DNA of 64,000 bases from Oscillospiraceae bacterium (GTDB lineage Bacteria; Bacillota; Clostridia; Oscillospirales; CAG-272): assembly GCA_015065215.1 (NCBI GenBank), contig SVQT01000004.1, positions 3,264-67,263 of the forward strand, read 5' to 3'. Below are positions 55,817-63,449 of this stretch, piece after piece (within the stretch, counting starts at the first letter, position 1; every line of letters starts with the position of its first letter). The notes beneath the pieces were generated by a model. The model did not search any database. It worked only from the letters and a program-made list of their open reading frames with translations, and was not told the origin of the DNA. Position numbers and translations under genes: made by a program.

Positions 55817-55846
55817 TAAAAAAAGGCACCGGATAATTCCGATGCC
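55817..55846 (-). terminator. intrinsic terminator inside the late leader
   Basis: On the minus strand: GGCATCGG-AATTAT-CCGGTGCC followed by TTTTTTT. Confidence 0.6.
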
Positions 55847-56036
55847 GTCCACCCGCAGTCCCTTTGACAAAGAAGGACTTGCGTGGTCTACAAAAAAGCA
55901 ATCAAGCCCGAAAGGAGGTGATAAGATGCCATACATCCGTCTTTGCAATTTCGTCAACACGTACCACCACATACTGCTTGACATCATTGCGCAAATCTCT
56001 GCCATCCTATAACCCCACAATCGGGCTTGTGAGGAT

Positions 56037-56065
56037 ATTATACCACACAAGCCCTGCTTTGTCAA
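56037..56065 (-). promoter_or_regulatory. consensus sigma-70 promoter at the start of the distal (late) block
   Basis: On the minus strand: TTGACA (56065-60), 17-nt spacer, TATAAT (56042-37). The -35 overlaps the stop codon of the sigma-r4-like gene. Confidence 0.6.
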
Positions 56066-56427
56066 ACCTGAATATTTTTTAATGTTTCAAGTGCCTTTTG
56101 ATGTAAAAAACCTGTTACATGCTTTTCTGAATAGTTCAGCTTTCTGGCAATCTTACACCAGCTCCAACCCTCGAAATAACGCAAGATCAGCAGCTCCCGC
56201 TCATTGCTCGGCAATTTATTCAATGCGTCCGATACCTCGGTAAGCCGCCGCTCCACTTTCTCCAGGAGCCGGCGGTATAACCGTATACGGCATCCATAAG
56301 CAAGCTCTGCCAGCTCCGTCCAGCCCGGGGATTCTCGCCGCTGCTCCAAATCCTTGATCAGACCGGAAAGCGTATCTGCTTCGTTACAAAGCGCGGCGCA
56401 TTGCTGTAAATCCTCCTTGGTCATCAT
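56062..56427 (-). CDS. sigma-70 region-4-like HTH protein (DUF1492-type phage transcriptional regulator)
   Basis: C-terminus LPSNERELLILRYFEGWSWCKIARKLNYSEKHVTGFLHQKALETL is a sigma region 4.2-type HTH. GAGGAGG SD. Confidence 0.7.
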   Translation of the reverse strand: MMTKEDLQQCAALCNEADTLSGLIKDLEQRRESPGWTELAELAYGCRIRLYRRLLEKVERRLTEVSDALNKLPSNERELLILRYFEGWSWCKIARKLNYSEKHVTGFLHQKALETLKNIQV

Positions 56428-56591
56428 CAACCTCCTCGCCGACAAATAAAACGTAACAGCTCCAACAAATCGCACTCTTCCAAAGGCCCATTGCAGGAAG
56501 CGTGAAGAACCGCACGGCTATCTTTAAACACAATCACATAATGATTTTCCGGGTTTTGATAAAATATAAAATCTCCTAACGCAACTTTCAC
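56427..56591 (-). CDS. small hypothetical protein (54 aa, below the ORF-track cutoff)
   Basis: GTG start overlaps the upstream stop (GTGA) with GGAGG 6 nt upstream. Its stop overlaps the next ATG. It fills an otherwise unexplained 110-nt gap. Confidence 0.45.
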   Translation of the reverse strand: MKVALGDFIFYQNPENHYVIVFKDSRAVLHASCNGPLEECDLLELLRFICRRGG

Positions 56592-57427
56592 GTCTTACCT
56601 CCATATGTACGAGACATAGCAGCTTCCCAAAAGTCGTCTACATCAAAAGAGCCTTTTGGTTCCTGTTTGCCGCTTTGCCGTTCTTTTTCGCTATCCTCTC
56701 TGTACCATGACAGGATTGCCGCAAAATCATTCGGATAATGATAATGCTTACTCTCCTTACGTTCCGAAAACCGCTCAATATAAGTGTCTGCATCCGGGAT
56801 CTGCTCCTTTAAAGCGTCATATTCCTCTGGATATAAACGCACGTTTTTAAAACAGCCGAACACCGCCGCATCCTCGCGCGTGAGAGAGAAATCTGTTTGG
56901 TTTTGTTTTGTTTGGTTTATGTGTTTTTCCGTACTGTTTTTTCCTTTTTCCGTATGGAAAATTGACTTTTCCGTACCGTTGATGTTTTTAAAGGAACACT
57001 TTACAAGAGTATCGGGCGGAATCTCTTCTTTCGGCAAGACCCAATACTCTGAAAAAAGCGGTATGACAAGGCGGTTTTTCGCTACAATTCGCAAGTAGCG
57101 CCGCTGGATACCCACAGAAGTTAATACATGGTGCATATCGAAAACCCGCTTATCAAAAAGCGAACGCGCGACACACGCCCGAATAACCTGCTGCACAAGC
57201 CCGAAGGAACAACCGCAACCAACCTCTTCCGCAAGCAAGATCGCGTCATCATCACTCCAAGCTCTGAAATACCCATTTTTCTTATAACAGGAATTCAGCG
57301 CAAAAAGCGCTATCAATACGCCTTTAGCGCCAAATTCCCCGCGGATCAGCTTAAACTTATCATCATAAAGCAATCCAACATCAAACGGCCAATAGTCAAC
57401 TCCACTTTTGAGCGGACGACCAGCCAT
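56588..57427 (-). CDS. DUF4373-type (Lin1244/Lin1753-like) replication-associated protein
   Basis: N-terminus VDYWPFDVGLLYDDKFKLIRGEFGAKGVLIALFALNSCYKKNGY fits the DUF4373 pattern seen in phage replisome-organiser genes. Confidence 0.55.
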   Translation of the reverse strand: MAGRPLKSGVDYWPFDVGLLYDDKFKLIRGEFGAKGVLIALFALNSCYKKNGYFRAWSDDDAILLAEEVGCGCSFGLVQQVIRACVARSLFDKRVFDMHHVLTSVGIQRRYLRIVAKNRLVIPLFSEYWVLPKEEIPPDTLVKCSFKNINGTEKSIFHTEKGKNSTEKHINQTKQNQTDFSLTREDAAVFGCFKNVRLYPEEYDALKEQIPDADTYIERFSERKESKHYHYPNDFAAILSWYREDSEKERQSGKQEPKGSFDVDDFWEAAMSRTYGGKT

Positions 57428-57430
57428 AGA

Positions 57431-58612
57431 TCACACCTTCAACATATCTACGATCTGTTCCGCAAGCCCTTCAAGGAGCTCTCCTTCCGAGGGCTCCTTC
57501 TGCTTAGCTTCCTCTATTACAGAAAGCATTCGGCCATAGGCAGCTTGCATCGCCTCCAGGCAGGCACCAAATTTCACCCGATACGGAGAAGCTGTTGCAG
57601 CTGCCACACGTAGCTGCTCCTCCAGATCAGCCACTCTTGCGGCAGTCGCCCTCTCCGCTTCTGCCTTAGCCTCCTCCTTTGCCGCTTTGATCGCCGCCTC
57701 CTGTTCGGCTTGCACCTTCTTCACAGCATCCGCACCCTCTGTGCGGGCCTTTTCCAGCTCTTTTTCCGCCTTTTTCTTGGCGGCCTCGATTTTTGCCTTG
57801 GCGGCATCCTCGGCGGCCCGCTTGGCCTCTGCCTCGATCTTGGCACGCTCCTCAGGAGAGACAGTCGCAACCTTGCCGCGTTCTGCTTGCAGCTGCTCGT
57901 ACAATTCCTCGTTCGCTTGCTCAGCAGCATCCAGCTTCATACGCTCCTCCAGCATCTCCTTCTCCGCCTCTGCAGCACGCTTTTCTGCCTCTTCCTTGGC
58001 CTTAACTGCCGCTTCCATCTCGCGGACGGACATAGCCTCAGTATCATGACCCTGCACAAATTCACGCTGCTGCGCCGGCGCCAACCGGGCCAGCACCAAC
58101 GCCTTGGAGGGAAGCATGGACGCAAATAACTCAGCTATATCGTCGTCACCAGCCGCAAGCTGTCCCTCGTAAGCGTCGGCAAGCTTCATAAAGCGCTGGG
58201 CCTTGGTAATTGAATAGCCTACATTCTCCCGAAGCCAGCTCTCCCACATACCGTGGCGGAGCGAAGCCTTAACTTCTTTAAGGAGCTGACCAATCTTGAT
58301 ACCGCCACGAACAACAGTCTCCGCCGTATTCTGCTCTACGATCTTAATCTCCAACGCGATCTCATTCGCCCGCGCCGGCACCACCGCCGTCTCTTCCTCC
58401 TCAACGATCTCTGCCAGGATACGTTCTTCCTTCTCGCGCTCGATCCTTTCATCCTCCAGACGGCGCCGCTCCTCCTGATCGGGGATTACATTATCATCCA
58501 TAGCGTTGTCATAATAGTAATTGCATCCCAGCTCTTTTTGCTCAAACATACACTTGCCACGCCCGCATTCCATACTGAACGGACACCGCTTATTGATATT
58601 CTTCTTAGCCAT
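57431..58612 (-). CDS. DUF3102-domain protein with A/E/K-rich coiled coil
   Basis: IGQLLKEVKASLRHGMWESWLRENVGYSITKAQRFMKLADAY matches the DUF3102 core as I recall it. N-terminal Cys cluster. Confidence 0.6.
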   Translation of the reverse strand: MAKKNINKRCPFSMECGRGKCMFEQKELGCNYYYDNAMDDNVIPDQEERRRLEDERIEREKEERILAEIVEEEETAVVPARANEIALEIKIVEQNTAETVVRGGIKIGQLLKEVKASLRHGMWESWLRENVGYSITKAQRFMKLADAYEGQLAAGDDDIAELFASMLPSKALVLARLAPAQQREFVQGHDTEAMSVREMEAAVKAKEEAEKRAAEAEKEMLEERMKLDAAEQANEELYEQLQAERGKVATVSPEERAKIEAEAKRAAEDAAKAKIEAAKKKAEKELEKARTEGADAVKKVQAEQEAAIKAAKEEAKAEAERATAARVADLEEQLRVAAATASPYRVKFGACLEAMQAAYGRMLSVIEEAKQKEPSEGELLEGLAEQIVDMLKV

Positions 58613-60487
58613 TTATACTGCCTTCCTTTCTGCGGCCCTCTCGGCCTTCTTTTTCGTTTGCGTGGGGGCAAAGCCCACCTCCAACAGATCCGCCTCCAGC
58701 ACGTCGGCCAGGAACTGACCCCGCAGGTGCCCGTTGCGCACCTCGACCTTGTTTTTGCGGAGGGTGGTATATCCCTCGATGCGAAGCTCTCGGCTCGCCG
58801 CAGCGACCTCTCTCTCCTTCGGGGTGAGCTTGTCCTGTAACTGCATCTGCCACTCGGCAAGGAATGTGCGGAGCTCGTTCACGTGCTTATCCTGGTTATC
58901 GCTCACAGTACGAAGCTGGCGCACCGTGCCACCCGGCTCCACCTCAATGGTGTAATACGGGATATTCGGTGTTCTGGCTCTGCGGACAAAAAGCAGAAAG
59001 CTTTCACCCGACTTGATGCGATCCAGGTATCTCTCGGGGGCGCGGTAGACACAATGAGAAAGCTCCATCGCATCGAAAAGCACGTCACCGATGCACGTAG
59101 GCACCGATACTATGTATTTCTCGCCCTTATAAGCATATTTTTGCACTGTCTTATAGAACTGCCGTATACCCTTATAGCGGCGCTCGTATTGCTTGCCCTC
59201 CTTCTGCGCGGCATCAATACGGCGCTGGCGCATTTCGGCCCATTCACGCTTCTTCTTGCGCTCCTCGGCAATACACGCCGCATCCAGCATCTTGTCGTGC
59301 TCGGCTTTGAGGTCCTTGGGCATCGGCGACACCGTACCGATCTTGCCCGCCTTTTCGGCAAGCGTGATATAATCACCCCACAAAGTATAGGCGTCATGCA
59401 GGGTGATGCCGGGACACTGCCAGCACCCGCCGCCGCTGCTCTGCTGCACGCGGTTGATGTAATTCATCAACTCGCGTACCTCAACCTTCAAGCGCCGCGC
59501 CTTTGCTATAAAGTGATACACCGAGGAGATGCGGAAAAAGCTCTGATCCAGCTCATAGGCCCTCTCCCAGTCGCGCCGACCCTTGCCGTTAATACGCTTG
59601 AAGATCTTATACACGTCAAGATCGTATCGGTATTTCGCCCATTCGTTGTATTCCTGTTTGGGTAGACGATACAGATCCCAGGGCTTCTTAGCACTCCAAT
59701 CCAGCAGCGATACGTTCTCGCGGTTCTCCATCACCACCTCGCTGACAAGGAAATCATGGCCCATACGAGAAAGCATCTCCAGCTGGGGATGCTCGGCGTA
59801 ATGGCAAAGGTATCGGACAAACTGCTGCGAACGATAATAGCGCCCTGCGCCGTGATAGCGCAGAAACGTTTTCTCCAGATCCGTCACCCACACCATTTTG
59901 TAATCAAAGCACTCGATGTATAAGCCGTGATTCCACTTGAAGGGCTCGGTGGCGTTCTGCTCCTTCACCAAGGGCGAGGTGGTGCTCCACGCCTTCCAAT
60001 GATCGTAGCGCCCAGGCGTTAGGTGATAGATCGCGGTCTCAAAGGTCTTTGTCACGCCGCGCAGCTCGTTCAGCACCTTGCCCTCCCAGTCCTTATAGCA
60101 ATAGCCGCGATCCGCATAGATGGCGCGGATCCACACATCGTCGGGACCGTTCGCCATGAACACCGCCACGCAGTTGGTTTGCCAGAACTTACGCACATCG
60201 CAGACCTTCACGTTCTTCACCATCGCCCTTGCGCCGCACAAGGGACACTCTGCCTCGTCATTGTGATGAGCATGGAACAGGGCAAAGTCCTCGGCGGACA
60301 TCAGATCCTTCAGCACCAGCTCGCCCTCGTCAAAGCTCTGATGGCACGCGGTGCAGGTGTACCGACGGTGCCCACGCTTCACCGTTTCAAAGAAAAGATA
60401 CTTGCGAAAGCCCTTGTCGATCTCGTTATACACGTGCTGGGGGATCTCCGGCATCCCCGCAAAATCGTCCTTGATAATTTCGCTCAT
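58613..60487 (-). CDS. PcfJ-like protein
   Basis: C-terminal ELSHCVYRAPERYLDRIKSGESFLLFVRR...IPYYTIEV...VRQLRTVSDNQ is PcfJ-domain-like. N-terminal CTAC...CPLC zinc-ribbon-like motif. Confidence 0.6.
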   Translation of the reverse strand: MSEIIKDDFAGMPEIPQHVYNEIDKGFRKYLFFETVKRGHRRYTCTACHQSFDEGELVLKDLMSAEDFALFHAHHNDEAECPLCGARAMVKNVKVCDVRKFWQTNCVAVFMANGPDDVWIRAIYADRGYCYKDWEGKVLNELRGVTKTFETAIYHLTPGRYDHWKAWSTTSPLVKEQNATEPFKWNHGLYIECFDYKMVWVTDLEKTFLRYHGAGRYYRSQQFVRYLCHYAEHPQLEMLSRMGHDFLVSEVVMENRENVSLLDWSAKKPWDLYRLPKQEYNEWAKYRYDLDVYKIFKRINGKGRRDWERAYELDQSFFRISSVYHFIAKARRLKVEVRELMNYINRVQQSSGGGCWQCPGITLHDAYTLWGDYITLAEKAGKIGTVSPMPKDLKAEHDKMLDAACIAEERKKKREWAEMRQRRIDAAQKEGKQYERRYKGIRQFYKTVQKYAYKGEKYIVSVPTCIGDVLFDAMELSHCVYRAPERYLDRIKSGESFLLFVRRARTPNIPYYTIEVEPGGTVRQLRTVSDNQDKHVNELRTFLAEWQMQLQDKLTPKEREVAAASRELRIEGYTTLRKNKVEVRNGHLRGQFLADVLEADLLEVGFAPTQTKKKAERAAERKAV

Positions 60488-60678
60488 TTCTCCGGCACCT
60501 CACTTTCCAAATAAGCAACGGCAGCCATAAGGCATTTCTCGTCAGTGCATGCGCTAGCAAGATCTGGGCAAAACCGCTCTTCGCAAAATGTCACAGAAAA
60601 ATTCTGCTGGTCCACATCCAACAAAAACTCGGCCAACTCCTCTGCGCTCATGGCACGAATCTTATCAATTTGCTTCAT
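60484..60678 (-). CDS. small hypothetical protein
   Basis: ATG 60678 (MKQIDKIRAMSAEELAEFL) lies behind GGAGGAG. The stop overlaps the PcfJ-like ATG (ATGA). Confidence 0.5.
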   Translation of the reverse strand: MKQIDKIRAMSAEELAEFLLDVDQQNFSVTFCEERFCPDLASACTDEKCLMAAVAYLESEVPEK

Positions 60679-61210
60679 CACAAATCTCCTCCCCATTGAT
60701 ATCAACGTAAACACCCTCCGGCACGTCCTCGCCAACGCGCCACACGGCAACCTGCTCGACCTCACCATTCTCCTCGCGGGCCATGGCAAACAGATCTCCC
60801 CCTCGACCCTTGGCGCGTGGATTTTTACCGCGCACTACCACGTAGCCGTTTCTGGCTACGCCGCTGCCGTCCTTGACCGCAAAGCAATCCTTTTTGGGAT
60901 GCCGCGCCATATACAGCAGGATGTGCAGGAGGTAATCCGCAGGCTCCAGCACGCGCAGGATCGTCAGCTCGGTGCAGGAGATCTTGCTATCCACCGCATC
61001 CTCATCCACGTCGCCGCCGATACCCACGATGCAGTACACCGACCCCTTGAAATTGGGATAATACCGCAGGCAGTCGGCGGGATCCTCGGCGCAGTGCCAG
61101 CCGTTTTTCACGCAGTTCGCCGCCTCGGTCACGTTCTTCTCCCCGATGGGCTTGAACGCCACGCCGCGGCAAACAAATCCCGGCTCAAAGGCCTTGTATG
61201 CTAATCTCAT
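60665..61210 (-). CDS. hypothetical phage-associated protein
   Basis: 181 aa. N-terminus AYKAFEPGFVCRGVAFKPIG...NGWHCAEDPADCLRYYP resembles a widespread uncharacterised phage family. Confidence 0.55.
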   Translation of the reverse strand: MRLAYKAFEPGFVCRGVAFKPIGEKNVTEAANCVKNGWHCAEDPADCLRYYPNFKGSVYCIVGIGGDVDEDAVDSKISCTELTILRVLEPADYLLHILLYMARHPKKDCFAVKDGSGVARNGYVVVRGKNPRAKGRGGDLFAMAREENGEVEQVAVWRVGEDVPEGVYVDINGEEICDEAN

Positions 61211-61292
61211 TGGCTACCTCCTTTTTTCGCAATCTCATAGCATTGCGTTTAATAAAAGCAATGCAGCAACATTGCGTTTTTACTGCACCGCA

Positions 61293-61751
61293 TCAACCGT
61301 CACCGTCCTTTGTAGGGGCAATCATTGATCGCCCGTCATCCGGGGCCGCCCCCACGTCTGTCATCTTCACATCGCGGGGCCTTGTCCACGCCGCAAACAA
61401 ATCAGAAGGGCGCAAGTTGAGTATTTTCGCAGACGTCTGTTTTTTTGTCGGCTTGGAGATCTTCACACTCAACTCCACGTCGGCTTCCGGAAAGAAATAC
61501 TGCACCGCCATGCGGTATGCATCATAAGGGGACATCGACACGTGGCTCCCCTGCGGCACCTTCAAGTCGTTCACACAGCCCTCCAGGGACTTGCCCTCGG
61601 CCATTACCGCCGCCGCAAAATCTTCATCCTGCTCCACAAAGCCGCAAAGGGCCTCGCGCAAATGCGGCACCAGAAAGTCGCGCTTGTTCTGAAAGGTCTT
61701 GACCTTCGCCTCGGTCAGCTTGCGAATCGCATCCGTTTGAATTTGTTTCAC
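61293..61751 (-). CDS. PcfK-like protein (family reported to include Cas9 inhibitor AcrIIA9)
   Basis: Pattern F..HL......V.QDEDFAAAV....KSLEGCV......Y..AVQYFFPE, with a basic linker and C-terminal SDLF. GTG 61751 overlaps the upstream stop (GTGA). The track start at 61781 is an alternative. Confidence 0.45.
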   Translation of the reverse strand: MKQIQTDAIRKLTEAKVKTFQNKRDFLVPHLREALCGFVEQDEDFAAAVMAEGKSLEGCVNDLKVPQGSHVSMSPYDAYRMAVQYFFPEADVELSVKISKPTKKQTSAKILNLRPSDLFAAWTRPRDVKMTDVGAAPDDGRSMIAPTKDGDG

Positions 61752-62011
61752 AATTTCACTTTCCTTTCTGTTTTTTGCCACAACCCACTATAAAAGCAAT
61801 ATATAAGTTCTCGTTCCCTTTGATTGATGATGCCACAATCAACGAGCGCCATAAGATAAGCATCCAGCTTTCCTCTCCAAAAAACACGTGTTTTTTTATC
61901 AACTGCAAGTTCAATGCCAGAAGAATACTCATATAGCCTGTTTCTATTACGCAGAGAGATCTTACCAAGCAATTCATTTAACTGTTCATGCGTCATATGT
62001 ACCTGTATCAT
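61748..62011 (-). CDS. hypothetical protein
   Basis: 87-aa ORF with GGAGGTG SD. The ATG overlaps the upstream stop (ATGA). Confidence 0.55.
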   Translation of the reverse strand: MIQVHMTHEQLNELLGKISLRNRNRLYEYSSGIELAVDKKTRVFWRGKLDAYLMALVDCGIINQRERELIYCFYSGLWQKTERKVKL

Positions 62012-62262
62012 ACCTTCACCTCCAGTCCTTCATTTAAGCGGCTAATAAGCCGCACCAAATCATCCACGTCCATTACACCGGACGCTAAGAGCTTGTCCGG
62101 AGCGTTCTTTTTAACTCTACCGTACAAGGTCCACATACCAACGCAAGCTGTTAAGTATAAAATGTCTTCTTTTGCCACCTCATTGAGAGCCGCAACGATA
62201 TATTTAACCGCGTCATATAGACAGTTAACCAAACGCTGCTTTGCTGCAAATGATAATCTCAT
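62008..62262 (-). CDS. hypothetical protein
   Basis: 84-aa ORF, translationally coupled on both sides. Confidence 0.5.
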   Translation of the reverse strand: MRLSFAAKQRLVNCLYDAVKYIVAALNEVAKEDILYLTACVGMWTLYGRVKKNAPDKLLASGVMDVDDLVRLISRLNEGLEVKV

Positions 62263-62408
62263 TTGATCAGTCCCTTCTTCTTGAATTTTAAATAAACCGC
62301 CGTGATCTGCTTTTCGTGCATTGCCGATACCTTCAACTTCCAGGCCGGCCCTGAGTATACCGCCAGCAGCAACTGACGTTGTCGCTCAATCTCTTGATCG
62401 TGTGTCAT
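62259..62408 (-). CDS. small hypothetical protein (49 aa, below the ORF-track cutoff)
   Basis: ATG 62408 lies behind GGAGGTG (MTHDQEIERQRQLLLAVYSGPAWKLKVSAMHEKQITAVYLKFKKKGLIK). The stop overlaps the next ATG (ATGA). Confidence 0.5.
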   Translation of the reverse strand: MTHDQEIERQRQLLLAVYSGPAWKLKVSAMHEKQITAVYLKFKKKGLIK

Positions 62409-62441
62409 GTGCACCTCCAAAAACGGCAACGTTGCCGTTTT

Positions 62442-62645
62442 TCAATTGTTGTAATAATATTCCAACGCCTCAGCGGCCGTCATTTCATCAATGGCCCATT
62501 CTAGCCAAATAAAAAATTCCTTACGCTGTTCATCGGTAATCTCTGTGTCACCGTAAAGCTGTTGATCATCAAAGGCCTTTTGAATATAGCCCTTCATGAT
62601 CTCATTTTCCTCATGAAAACCCCAATTTGCCACTTCTTTAGACAT
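62442..62645 (-). CDS. small acidic hypothetical protein
   Basis: 67-aa ORF with GAGGAGGTG SD. Confidence 0.55.
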   Translation of the reverse strand: MSKEVANWGFHEENEIMKGYIQKAFDDQQLYGDTEITDEQRKEFFIWLEWAIDEMTAAEALEYYYNN

Positions 62646-62659
62646 ATTTGCTCACCTCC

Positions 62660-63034
62660 TCACTTATCATAATAAGTACCCGAAGTTTGCACCGTAAGCT
62701 GCTGGATCCCGACCGCCTTACAGATGCGGAGCATAACCGCAAACGACGCCCTACCGGGCAGGCGCATGTAAGTATAAAGACTATGATCACTAATCCCGGA
62801 CTTTTTAGCAACCTCCCGGATCGTGAGTCCGCGCTCATCCATTGCGTCCCGGATGCGCTTTGCCAAGATCTCGCCATCCGACTTTTTCACGCAGCCCTTT
62901 GTGCTTGCTTTCACAGCCGCACGGTCAATGATCACATCCTCGCCCTCGTTCTCTGCGGCGGGAATAATGCTTGTCACCTTACCCTCGGCATCGGTGACAA
63001 TCGCAAAATGTAATGAAATAGGTTGAGTTGTCAT
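62660..63034 (-). CDS. HTH-domain protein (second early regulator)
   Basis: C-terminal LTIREVAKKSGISDHSLYTYM HTH. AAAGGAG SD. Confidence 0.6.
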   Translation of the reverse strand: MTTQPISLHFAIVTDAEGKVTSIIPAAENEGEDVIIDRAAVKASTKGCVKKSDGEILAKRIRDAMDERGLTIREVAKKSGISDHSLYTYMRLPGRASFAVMLRICKAVGIQQLTVQTSGTYYDK

Positions 63035-63083
63035 GTTAAACTCCTTTCTCTTGTTCTTCTTTAATCAAAACATAAACCTCCTT

Positions 63084-63302
63084 TTATGTAACTTCTAAAG
63101 TTACCGATTTTGCAAAAAAAATACTCTGAGGATCCTGCAATTTCAAAACAGAAATCATAATCTCAACCTCGTCAGTACCAAAAACGCCAATCTTCATTCT
63201 ACGAATGAAGGTTTTTTCACTTATGCCAAGCATAGAAGCAAGTTCCTTTTGAGTCATTCCATTACGCACAATCTCTGCGCGCAAAGCATTTTTATCAAGC
63301 AC
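63084..63302 (-). CDS. Cro-like XRE-family HTH regulator
   Basis: MTQKELASMLGISEKTFIRRM HTH. GTG 63302 lies behind AAGGGGG. Divergent from the CI-like gene. Confidence 0.7.
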   Translation of the reverse strand: MLDKNALRAEIVRNGMTQKELASMLGISEKTFIRRMKIGVFGTDEVEIMISVLKLQDPQSIFFAKSVTLEVT

Positions 63303-63320
63303 AATAGCCACCCCCTTTGT

Positions 63321-63337
63321 GTAACTTAATAAGTTAC
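63321..63337. promoter_or_regulatory. palindromic operator candidate GTAACTT-N3-AAGTTAC
   Basis: GTAACTTAATAAGTTAC lies between the leftward -10 and the cro-like SD. A second copy GTAACTTCTAAAGTTAC at 63088-63104 overlaps the cro-like stop. Confidence 0.55.
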
Positions 63338-63341
63338 ACTT

Positions 63342-63370
63342 ATAATACCACACGCAAAATAACTTGTCAA
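63342..63370 (-). promoter_or_regulatory. leftward (lytic-arm) promoter
   Basis: On the minus strand: TTGACA (63370-65), 17-nt spacer, TATTAT (63347-42). Confidence 0.6.
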
Positions 63371-63398
63371 GTCATTTTTGAAAATTTTGCTGAAAATA

Positions 63399-63427
63399 TT
63401 GACAACCGTCAAGTCATCGCTTATAAT
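63399..63427 (+). promoter_or_regulatory. rightward (repressor) promoter
   Basis: TTGACA (63399-404), 17-nt spacer, TATAAT (63422-27). The 10-bp direct repeat GTCAAGTCAT occurs at 63366-75 and 63408-17, overlapping both promoters. Confidence 0.65.
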
Positions 63428-63449
63428 GAAGTCCAAGGAGGTGAAAACC

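Noticed and set aside
55661-56065. 134-aa minus-strand ORF in the late leader.
   Set aside because: It starts inside the promoter, runs through the intrinsic terminator and the CCCCGGGCCCGGGG palindrome, has Cys/Ser/Leu-rich unnatural composition, and has no SD.
46468-63302. Ordinary Caudoviricetes prophage whose structural genes I simply failed to recognise.
   Set aside because: This is not fully rejected. Even so, ~17 kb with no large-terminase Walker motifs, no protein of portal size or composition and no tape measure leaves too little room for a head-tail module. The largest ORFs are membrane or secreted proteins. The alternative is kept as the refutation test for the main finding.
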